From the NCBI GenBank assembly GCA_035461345.1, contig DATHVJ010000187.1, positions 1-55,032 on the forward strand: a DNA stretch of 55,032 nt. Reading direction: 5' to 3'. Positions 24,360 through 32,080 of this stretch are shown here, piece by piece. The first letter of the stretch is position 1. Each line of letters begins with the position of its first letter. The DNA comes from Solirubrobacterales bacterium (GTDB taxonomy: Bacteria; Actinomycetota; Thermoleophilia; Solirubrobacterales; 70-9). The notes below the pieces were generated by a model that searched no databases, was not told the origin of the DNA, and worked only from the letters and a program-made list of their open reading frames with translations. The position numbers and the translations under genes are program-made.

Positions 24360-26324
24360 TCAGGAAGGGGCGTATCTGGGTGAGTCGGCACTAGCCGCCA
24401 GCTCCTCGGGCGGCCACTCCTCCTTCGGGACGCCCGCCAGGTCGTCCCGCACGGACTCGAGCTCCCGCAGGTCGCCGGGGCTCACACCCTCGTCGCGGGT
24501 CAGCCGCTTGGCCATCTGGTCCCGGGTGGCGATCGTCTGGGTCGAGAACAGGTACTCGGCGATCGCCGCGTCGTGCTCGCTGCCCCCGCTCGCGAACGCG
24601 CCCCCCTCCTCGGCCGCCCGCCGCAGCGCCCGCGCCACCCGCTCGGCGCCGTCGTCCGCGCCGACGATCGAGCCTACCTCCTGCAGCGGCAGGCGCTCGA
24701 CGAGCGCCAGCCGCAGCGTCTCGCGGTCGCCGGGCTCGAGGCCCCGCAGTGCGCGCTCGGGGTCGAACTTCGCGGGGCCCCGCCCGATCGCCGTGCGCGC
24801 CATGTGGATCAGCGGCCCTCGGTGGTAGCTCGGGATCACCCCGGTGACGAGCGCCAGCGCCGCCCACGCCGCCAGCAGCGCGAGCCCGAGCGCGATCTGG
24901 GCGACGATCCCCGCGGGATTGATCGCGTAGTAGCCGACCGCGCACGCAGCGGCGAGGATCGCCGCCAGCGCCAGCGACCGGTACGGCATCACGATCGGCT
25001 CCTTGCCGGTCTGAGAGAGGTAGAAGATGTAGGCGCCCGGAGCGGCGAAGGCGAGCATCATCGCCGCGGGCGCGCCCTCGAGCCCGAGCCATGGGATCAG
25101 CGTGAGGCAGCCGATCACGAACAGGACCCCGGCCGCGACCGCCGAGACGACGAAGATCGGCCGCTTGCGCCGGTACTTGGCGGCCTTGTTGACCATCCGG
25201 AAGACGACCGGCGCGATCATCGCCGCCGACATCAGCGGGATCAGCGGCGCGGCGTCCGCGTACGCGGGCGGGGCGAGGCTGACCAGCGGATCGGCGAACA
25301 GGGTGACCGCCAGCAGCGACGCGAGCGTGACCAGCAGGAAGTAGCCGAGCTGCTGGCCGCGGGTGACGTCGGACCCGTACTCCTCCTCCATCGACGCGTA
25401 CGCCATCGTGCGCTTGAGCGGCTTCAGCGCCCTGCGGAAGCCATGCGGCAGCAGCGAGACCACGATCCCGACCCGCTGCGCGAGCGCGAACAGACCCAGG
25501 TCGGCATGGGAGACGTAGCGCGACAGGAAGAAGATCTGGGCCGAGTTGATCGTCCAGAACGACGTGTGGACCGGGATCCGTGGCGAGCCCAGCCGCATGA
25601 TCGTGAGCGCCTCGCGGGGCTCGAAGCGGAGCTCGAAGCTGCCCCGCAGGGCGATCACGGCGAGCACGGTCGAGGCGGCGGTCCCGATCGCTGTGCCTGC
25701 GATTGCGCCCTCCAGGCCGGCGCCGGTGGCGACGAGCGGCACGACAACGGCCAGCACCAGCAGCGGCTGGGCGGACTCCAGGATCACGTACGCGATCGGG
25801 CGCCGCTCCATCCACACGACCCGCGACGCGAGCCGGTAGACCGCGCCCGTGGCGCCCGCGAGCCCGGCCCACAGGACGAGCTCGCGGTCCGCGCCCCCGC
25901 CGAGCAACAGGTCCGCGACCTCGGTCGCGAACACGACGACGAGCCCGGCGCCCAGCAGCGACAGCAGCGTCGTCAGCACGATCCCGGTCCCGAGGCTGCG
26001 CTGGCTCGCCTCGGAAAGCCCGCCGTCATCGTCCTCGTCGTCATCGTCCTCGTCGTCATCGGCCCCGAACACGCGCCTGATCGTGCCCTGCTTGGAGCCG
26101 AGGTTGAAGATCAGCGTCAGCAGCCCGGCGAGGAACAGAAGCAACGCGAGCTGGCCGAACTCGGCGGGGCTGAGCAGGTTCGCAAGCACGATCGTGCTCG
26201 CGAACGCGATCAAGTTGGTGACGACCAGCCCCCCGGTGAAGATCGACGAGTAGCGGATGACCCGGGCGCCGAGGACGGCTCCGCTGCCCCCCGGCCGGGT
26301 TCGATTCCGGCCGCCGTCGCTCAA
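24360..26324 (-). CDS. MOP-superfamily (Wzx-type) polysaccharide flippase-like membrane protein with C-terminal sigma-70 region-4-like tail
   Basis: 654 aa. The Polysacc_synt-like N-terminus is IRYSSIFTGGLVVTNLIAFASTIVLANLLSPAEFGQLALLLFLAGLLTLIFNLGSKQG, followed by about 12-14 TM helices. The tail is LRGLEPGDRETLRLALVERLPLQEVGSIVGADDGAERVARALRRA. A TTG start overlaps the upstream stop (TTGA), but the true start may lie further downstream. Confidence 0.65.
   Translation of the reverse strand: MSDGGRNRTRPGGSGAVLGARVIRYSSIFTGGLVVTNLIAFASTIVLANLLSPAEFGQLALLLFLAGLLTLIFNLGSKQGTIRRVFGADDDEDDDDEDDDGGLSEASQRSLGTGIVLTTLLSLLGAGLVVVFATEVADLLLGGGADRELVLWAGLAGATGAVYRLASRVVWMERRPIAYVILESAQPLLVLAVVVPLVATGAGLEGAIAGTAIGTAASTVLAVIALRGSFELRFEPREALTIMRLGSPRIPVHTSFWTINSAQIFFLSRYVSHADLGLFALAQRVGIVVSLLPHGFRRALKPLKRTMAYASMEEEYGSDVTRGQQLGYFLLVTLASLLAVTLFADPLVSLAPPAYADAAPLIPLMSAAMIAPVVFRMVNKAAKYRRKRPIFVVSAVAAGVLFVIGCLTLIPWLGLEGAPAAMMLAFAAPGAYIFYLSQTGKEPIVMPYRSLALAAILAAACAVGYYAINPAGIVAQIALGLALLAAWAALALVTGVIPSYHRGPLIHMARTAIGRGPAKFDPERALRGLEPGDRETLRLALVERLPLQEVGSIVGADDGAERVARALRRAAEEGGAFASGGSEHDAAIAEYLFSTQTIATRDQMAKRLTRDEGVSPGDLRELESVRDDLAGVPKEEWPPEELAASADSPRYAPS
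26025..26061 (-). repeat. in-frame 15-nt tandem repeat (gtcatcgtcctcgtc x2.5) encoding a poly-Asp/Glu loop in the flippase
   Basis: Read directly from the sequence. It encodes DDDEDDDDEDDD. Confidence 0.8.
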
Positions 26325-27262
26325 ACCGACCAGTGGTCGAAGCTGCGTCCGGTGAACTCCCGCAGCCGGTCGGCGTCCTCGCGAAGCACGGTGATCACCT
26401 CCGGGCTGAGTGCCTCGCGGACGTCGGCCGCGTCGGGGACCTCGATCGGTCGTCGCATGAACATCAGCCGCTGCGCGAACCAGAATCCGCGCGGAAGCTT
26501 GCCGCCGAACACGCGCAGGCCGAGCCTCTCGAGGCGGCGACCGAGCTTGGTCGAGCGGTGCTTGCGGCCGGTGCGGTGGCGCTCCCGGGTGAACCCGGGA
26601 TGCTCGAAGTCGGAATCGACGCCCGCGAAGGAGAGGATCTCCCTCAGGGTCTCGAGCCGGCGCCGGCGAAGGTCCGCCTGATCGACGATCAGGATCTGCT
26701 CGGCGGGAAACCGGTTGAGGAACTGCGTCACCTGCATGAAGTACTGGCTGCGCAGCACGTAGGTGGTGTTGGGGTGCATCACGGTCGCCGCCATGTCGCC
26801 CTTCTCGCGCCGCTTGGCGTAGTTGTGCACCCAGTGCGCCGCGATCCGCGCGACCGGGTCGCGGACGAGGTAGATCATGCGCACGTCGGGCACGAGCGAG
26901 CGCATCCGCTCGGGGACGCCGGCGTGGTGCGGATACGCGGTGTAGTTCGGCGACGCCTCGCCGCGGACGTCAGCGCTGGGGTCGAAGTGGCGCGCGTACC
27001 ACTCGACCCCGCGGTCCCAGTTGCGCTCCTTGATGAAGAAGTTGAGCTCCTTCGGCGTCGACATCGAGATCTGCGGGTGCAGCCCGAGGTAGTAGTGGAG
27101 CCCGCTCGTGCCGCACTTTTGGGCGCCGATGACGATGAGGTTCGGGAGGGACGAAGCGTCGGCAAAGGGCTGGGAATCATTTCCCGCCAAATCCTCCGCT
27201 GCGCGTCCGGTTTGGCGGGGTTTCGGCCGGGACTGTGTTTCTGGTCCCACGGAGGCTTCCAC
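26321..27262 (-). CDS. sulfotransferase (Sulfotransfer_1/heparan-sulfate ST-like family)
   Basis: 5'-PSB loop NLIVIGAQKCGTSGLHYYL. 3'-PB-like IYLVRDPVARIAAHW. Belongs to a different family from the other three sulfotransferase genes. GTG start. Confidence 0.8.
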   Translation of the reverse strand: MEASVGPETQSRPKPRQTGRAAEDLAGNDSQPFADASSLPNLIVIGAQKCGTSGLHYYLGLHPQISMSTPKELNFFIKERNWDRGVEWYARHFDPSADVRGEASPNYTAYPHHAGVPERMRSLVPDVRMIYLVRDPVARIAAHWVHNYAKRREKGDMAATVMHPNTTYVLRSQYFMQVTQFLNRFPAEQILIVDQADLRRRRLETLREILSFAGVDSDFEHPGFTRERHRTGRKHRSTKLGRRLERLGLRVFGGKLPRGFWFAQRLMFMRRPIEVPDAADVREALSPEVITVLREDADRLREFTGRSFDHWSV

Positions 27263-27283
27263 GCGGGCGAGGTTACAAGAGCG

Positions 27284-28810
27284 CTAGACGCGATCCGGCA
27301 GCGCCGGAATCCAGCGCGCGAGATCGCCGCCGGATGCCCCGATCGCCTCGAAACTGCGCGGTGAGCGGCCGGCGAGCGCCTCGCCGAGGCGCCGGCGGAC
27401 GAGCGCGTCGTAGTCGAGACCCGGGAGATGCGCGAGAACGTCCGCACGCGGCGGCACGTACTCGACTACGACCCCGGCGTCGCGCAGGAGCCCGAACGCG
27501 GGCGAGTCGGTCATCACCAGCAGCTGCGCGGGATCGACCCCGTCGGCGAGGAGCGCCTCTAGGCCCGCTCGCAGCTCGTCGACCGAGGCGCCGAGAGCCA
27601 CGCAGGCGATCTCGACCGGCGCGGAGCGGCGGCGCTCGCCGGGGTGGCGAAGCAGCGCGCTGGCTCGGGCGCGGGACTTCGTCGCCCACATCGCCGCGCG
27701 GCCCGGTCGCGGGCTGGGAAGCCCCGCTCGCCCGCCGCCGTCGGAGTCCGCCGCGAGCCCGGACAGCAGCCGCGCGGCCTCGACGGCGCCGTTCCACTCA
27801 CCGAGCTCCCGCGCGCGGGCGGAGAGCCGGGCGCGGAGGCTGGTGTCGAGCATCTCCTCGAGCCGCGCCTCGATCCGCTCCGAGGATGGCCCCTCGCATG
27901 CGAGCGCGAGCCCGGTGCGGTCGGCGTATCGCGCCCGCGCGGCCTGGTCGTCGAGCTCCCGCGGCATCGGCACGAACAGAGTTGGCACCGCGAACCGGAT
28001 CAGCTCGTGGTAGGCGTTGTAGCCGGCGGCGCTGACCGCGAAGTCGAACGCGCGGAAGTAGCGGCTGACCGGGTAGGTGTCGCGCACCAGCGTGACCGTG
28101 TCGGGCACGTCGAGACGGGACGAGATGCTCGACTCGAGCGCCGCGACCTGGACCCCGGGCTCGGCGGCGAGCCGCGCCAGGCAGCGCTGCACCGCGTGGT
28201 CGACGCCCGGTCCCTGGCCCAGCGCCACGAGCACATTGAGCCGACCGGGCTCGAGCCCCAGCGCTCGCTCGGCCTCGTCGCGGGCGAGCAGCTCGGCCTC
28301 GTCGCAGAGCACGATCGGGGCGACGCGCACCGCTTCGGACCGCCTCGCGACCGTGAGTCCGGCGTCGTCGTCCGCGGCGATCTCCCCGGGCTCGAGCACG
28401 AGGTCGAACGCGGCGGCGAGAGCGAGGATCGGACGCCCGCGCCGCGCCCGCCACAGCGGCCGCCGGGACCACACCTTGGTCAGCCCGGGGACGGCGCTCA
28501 TCGCCTCGAGCGCCGCCGGGTACGGGTGTGCTCCGTCGAACACGGCCACGGAAGGGCCGGCGTCGGCGAGCACGCCCGCCAGTCGCGTTCGCAGGCGCCG
28601 GCCCCACTCCAGGTGCGACCCGGCCCCCGGGGTGTCGTAGGAGCCGATGTACTCGACCAGGAACCCCTGCTCGCGAACGACGGGCGCCGCCGCCGACAGG
28701 GTCAGGAACAGCGGCTCGACGCCCGGCTCGAGCCGCCGCGCGATCGCCATGCTGCGGGTCAGGTGACCGAGCCCGGTCCCATTACTAGTCATGAACAGAA
28801 CCCTGTGCAT
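27284..28810 (-). CDS. GT-B fold glycosyltransferase (GT1/GT28, MurG-like) with C-terminal extension of about 170 aa
   Basis: MHRVLFMTSNGTGLGHLTRSMAIARRL is a typical N-terminal Gly-rich loop. C-terminal Rossmann half is VLVALGQGPG ... AAGYNAYHELIRFAVPTLFVPMPRELDDQAARA. Confidence 0.65.
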   Translation of the reverse strand: MHRVLFMTSNGTGLGHLTRSMAIARRLEPGVEPLFLTLSAAAPVVREQGFLVEYIGSYDTPGAGSHLEWGRRLRTRLAGVLADAGPSVAVFDGAHPYPAALEAMSAVPGLTKVWSRRPLWRARRGRPILALAAAFDLVLEPGEIAADDDAGLTVARRSEAVRVAPIVLCDEAELLARDEAERALGLEPGRLNVLVALGQGPGVDHAVQRCLARLAAEPGVQVAALESSISSRLDVPDTVTLVRDTYPVSRYFRAFDFAVSAAGYNAYHELIRFAVPTLFVPMPRELDDQAARARYADRTGLALACEGPSSERIEARLEEMLDTSLRARLSARARELGEWNGAVEAARLLSGLAADSDGGGRAGLPSPRPGRAAMWATKSRARASALLRHPGERRRSAPVEIACVALGASVDELRAGLEALLADGVDPAQLLVMTDSPAFGLLRDAGVVVEYVPPRADVLAHLPGLDYDALVRRRLGEALAGRSPRSFEAIGASGGDLARWIPALPDRV

Positions 28811-28830
28811 CAGATACGGCCGTTCCCGGC

Positions 28831-28864
28831 GGTGACCGCCAAGTTCGCTTGCGAACTTGGCGCC
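28831..28864 (-). repeat. REP-like palindromic repeat, copy B (core only)
   Basis: The reverse complement ggcgccaagttcgcaagcgaacttggcggtcacc matches the cores at 13321, 38997 and 51563. Lies in the 58-nt gap between the glycosyltransferase start and the double-sulfotransferase stop. Confidence 0.75.
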
Positions 28865-28868
28865 TGAT

Positions 28869-30764
28869 TCAACTGCGCTCGTAGGCCGCTATCAGCTGCG
28901 GGGCGCAGTGGACGCCCTCGTCGCGCAGCGCGTCCAGGGTGCGCTCGTACTTGCGCCGCAGCCGCAGTCGCTGCCACCGCGACAGCCCGTTGGGTGAGGC
29001 CGCCCGCTCGCGGTCCGCCGGGCCGAGCCACCGCTCGAGGAACTCGCGCATCGGAGGCTCGTCGTCGATCTCGAGGAAGTCCAGCAGCGCCGCGTACGGA
29101 GGCTCGCGGTCTCCGCTCAGCATCTCGTCCAGCACGAGCACGTGGAGCCGCCGCGTCCCGAGCGAGTAGCTGACGCCGTCCTCCTCGCCCCGGACGGCGC
29201 CGTCGACCGCCCGCAGGCGCTCGGCCCACCAGTCGATCCCGGCGACCGGATCGCCGGGCCCCCAATCGGTTTCCGCGAGCCGGAAGGCCGCGACCCGACC
29301 GTCGCGCACGACGTGCACGAAGCGGGCCTCCTCGAACAGCCGCGCCAGGACCGGCGCGTGGTGGAGGTTGCGGGCGCTCGTCTCGACCAGCCCCGGCTTG
29401 CCGTCGGCCGCCGCGAGGGGCAACAGGAGGTCGTAGAACAGTCCCCTCGACGCCGCCAGGGGATCGTCGAGGTAGGACGAGGAGAAGCGCTCCACCGCGG
29501 CCTCGAAGCGGTCCGCGGGGACGACCTGGTCGAGCCGGCCGCGTCCCGACCCCTCGCCGCCTCCCCACCAGATCTCGCGCAGCTTGAGCAGGAACCGCTT
29601 CAGGCTCACACGGCCCTCGATCAGGTCGCCGATCCCGTCGGTGTCGCAGTGGAAGCGGGCGTCGATCGGCACGACCGCGTAGCGCGACCCGCTGCCGAGC
29701 AGCTGGGCGACCATCTGCGCCCCGCGCCGGGCGCGGCCGGGGCCGGCGAGGAATACGAGGTCGCGCGACTCCGGCATCCCGGCGGCCGGCTGCGCGGAGG
29801 CCGGCTCCGCGGCGAGCTCGGCGTCGGCCCGGGACGCCGACGGCGTCGCCGCGGCGTCGCGGGTCGGCGCCGCGCGCTCCAGCGTGTGGCGAAGCAGCCC
29901 GGCGCAGTGCACCCGGTTGCGCTCGAGACGCTCGAGCGCGTCCACGTACCGGGTCATGTACGTCTCCTGATCTTCCTCCGACAGCCCCTTCCGCCACCGC
30001 TCGCGGTGGGCGCGCTCGGGGCTCATCTTGGTCTCGAAGTAGGAGCGCATCTCGAGCTCGTCCTCGAAGCCGACGCCGTCGAGCAGCTCGCGGTAGGTGC
30101 GCTCGCGGTCCCCGTACACGAGCTCGTCGAGGCTGATCACCGTCAACCGGTCCGCCGGGATGTGCTTCACCGCCCGGTCGATCCGGCGCAGCCGGCCCTC
30201 CCACCACTCGATCCCCTGCTCGGGGTTGCGCGGATAGACGACGCCGCGTCCCTTCGCCACCCGCGAGGACGCGGCGTCGCGGCCGTCGCGAACCGTGTGC
30301 ACGAAGCGGGCGTCGGGGAACACCCGCAGCAGCGCGGGGCCCTGGGCGACGGTGTCGCAGCTCATCTCGACGAGGCCGGGCTTGCCGGCCTCGGTGGCGA
30401 TCGGGCCCAGGAGATCGAAGAACAGGCCGCGGCAGGCTGCCTCGGGGTCGTCCTCGTAGGCGGACTCGAACGCGGCGATCGCGCCCTCGAAGCGCTTGCG
30501 AGGCACGTTGCGATGCAGCCCACGCACGCGGCGACGGTGGACGCTGCGCCACCACCCGGGCACGCGCCGCCACCACGTCGAGCGCAGCGTGGCGACGAAC
30601 TCGTCGACGCTCACGGTCCCGTCGAGCAGGTCGGGGAATCCGCCCGGGTCGCTGTGGAATCGGACCTCGTTGCTGACGTTCTCGAAGCCCGAGTTCCGGC
30701 CCAGCAGCTTGGCGAGGACGTGGGTGCCGCTGCGGCCCGTGCCGCCTACGAAGATCGTCTTCAT
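28869..30764 (-). CDS. tandem double sulfotransferase (intact N-terminal domain + degenerate C-terminal domain)
   Basis: 631 aa. Domain 1 has FVGGTGRSGTHVL and VRDGRDAASS. Domain 2 is collinear, but its loops read FLAGPGRARRGAQMV and VRDGRVAAFR. An Ala/Pro-rich linker of about 40 aa joins them. Confidence 0.8.
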   Translation of the reverse strand: MKTIFVGGTGRSGTHVLAKLLGRNSGFENVSNEVRFHSDPGGFPDLLDGTVSVDEFVATLRSTWWRRVPGWWRSVHRRRVRGLHRNVPRKRFEGAIAAFESAYEDDPEAACRGLFFDLLGPIATEAGKPGLVEMSCDTVAQGPALLRVFPDARFVHTVRDGRDAASSRVAKGRGVVYPRNPEQGIEWWEGRLRRIDRAVKHIPADRLTVISLDELVYGDRERTYRELLDGVGFEDELEMRSYFETKMSPERAHRERWRKGLSEEDQETYMTRYVDALERLERNRVHCAGLLRHTLERAAPTRDAAATPSASRADAELAAEPASAQPAAGMPESRDLVFLAGPGRARRGAQMVAQLLGSGSRYAVVPIDARFHCDTDGIGDLIEGRVSLKRFLLKLREIWWGGGEGSGRGRLDQVVPADRFEAAVERFSSSYLDDPLAASRGLFYDLLLPLAAADGKPGLVETSARNLHHAPVLARLFEEARFVHVVRDGRVAAFRLAETDWGPGDPVAGIDWWAERLRAVDGAVRGEEDGVSYSLGTRRLHVLVLDEMLSGDREPPYAALLDFLEIDDEPPMREFLERWLGPADRERAASPNGLSRWQRLRLRRKYERTLDALRDEGVHCAPQLIAAYERS

Positions 30765-30862
30765 CGCCGAGGAAGGATAGGCGTCACGCTCTCGTGGTCG
30801 TCGGGCTGCAGCCGGCGCTCGGCGCGCAGCTAACGGGCGAACACCGTGTTGTAATCACGACG

Positions 30863-32080
30863 ATGGGGGACGGACGTCGAACCAGGGCCGGCAGGATCGG
30901 CCGCGGCACCGCGGCGCTCGCGATCGGCGTGTGCGGGCTCGCGACGGGCTCCGCGGTCGCCGTCGAGCGCGCCACGGCGCAGAGCGGGTCCGATCACGTG
31001 CTCGTCGCCACGACCGGCAACGCCTCGGAGCTGCGCGAGTCGATCCCGATCACCCGCACCGAAGCGAAGAAGCCGCGGGTTGTGATGTCCCTGCGCCCAG
31101 ACCAACTCCCCAGCCTCGGCTCGGGCGACAGGCTGAAGGCGACGGCGGAGGTCGAGGTGACCACGGACTGCTACGAGCGGATGCCGCGCTGCGTCGGCAA
31201 CCCCTACACCTACGCACCGATCGCCAACGCCCGGATCGTGCTCGCCAACGGGCCGTTCGTGACCGGGCCCGAGAACGCGGTCGAGCTCGGCGCGAAGCGG
31301 GTCAAGTGCCGGCAGAAGCCGCCGGACCGCGTCCACCACTGCATGTTCGTATTCAGGGACGACGAAGCGGCGCTCGACATCGCCAGCCGCGGCGAGCTCC
31401 CGTGCGCGGCTTCGAACTGCCACCTGAACCTCGTCGTCGACTCGTTCAGCACGCGCAAGAAGAAGGGCAAGGAGGGCAGGCGCAACAGGCTGCTGATCGG
31501 CGAGGACGAGCCCGACGGGAGCGTCGGCCACGACAAGGGGCGGCTGAACGCGATCCGGTTCTCGCCCGGGAACCAGCCGCCGGTGGGGCCGGTCCGTACG
31601 CTCACGCCCCTGGTGACCGAGACCCCGATCGACAAGGGCCGGCGGGCGGTGGTCTACTCCCAGGAGCTGACCGGGCTGAAGGAAGGCGACCAGCTGGTCG
31701 CCAACGCCCTGCTCAGCACGAGCATCGCCCACCTCGACTACGTCGTGCAGATGGGCTCGCGGCTGATCATCGCCGACAGCCCGACGGCGACCGGTCCCGG
31801 CAAGCCGGGCAAGAAGTACACCGATCCGCCGGGCGAGATCACAGAGTCGAACGGGTACAACTGCACGCAGCGCAGCCCGGCATGCACCACGTACAAGACC
31901 GGGGTGATCACGATCAGCAGCGACGCCGAGACCGGGAAGGGCGACCCGGTCCCGCTGTACGCCAACTACGTGTTCAAGAGCGCGAAGCCCGGCTCCCAGG
32001 CGCCGTCGGGGGACAGGGTCCTGATCGTCCCGGGCGGGGGCCTCGAGATCACGCGCTACCCCGCGAGCATGAGGGGCTAG
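30863..32080 (+). CDS. secreted Cys-rich protein of unknown function
   Basis: Internal ATG 30863 of track ORF 30794..32080. Signal-like GRGTAALAIGVCGLATGSAVAVERATAQ. Eight Cys in the mature part. Basic patch STRKKKGKEGRRNR. No family recognised. It is the only plus-strand gene of the locus. Confidence 0.55.
   Translation: MGDGRRTRAGRIGRGTAALAIGVCGLATGSAVAVERATAQSGSDHVLVATTGNASELRESIPITRTEAKKPRVVMSLRPDQLPSLGSGDRLKATAEVEVTTDCYERMPRCVGNPYTYAPIANARIVLANGPFVTGPENAVELGAKRVKCRQKPPDRVHHCMFVFRDDEAALDIASRGELPCAASNCHLNLVVDSFSTRKKKGKEGRRNRLLIGEDEPDGSVGHDKGRLNAIRFSPGNQPPVGPVRTLTPLVTETPIDKGRRAVVYSQELTGLKEGDQLVANALLSTSIAHLDYVVQMGSRLIIADSPTATGPGKPGKKYTDPPGEITESNGYNCTQRSPACTTYKTGVITISSDAETGKGDPVPLYANYVFKSAKPGSQAPSGDRVLIVPGGGLEITRYPASMRG

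Noticed and set aside
24573-26681. 702-aa plus-strand ORF opposite the flippase and sulfotransferase genes; likewise 35552..37417 (+), 36855..38882 (-, alternate frame), 28810..30576 (-, alternate frame), 27644..28867 (+), 29142..30833 (+)
   Set aside because: All are shadow frames of genes whose chosen frames show family motifs or TM periodicity. Their translations are extreme in Arg/Gly/Pro/Asp.
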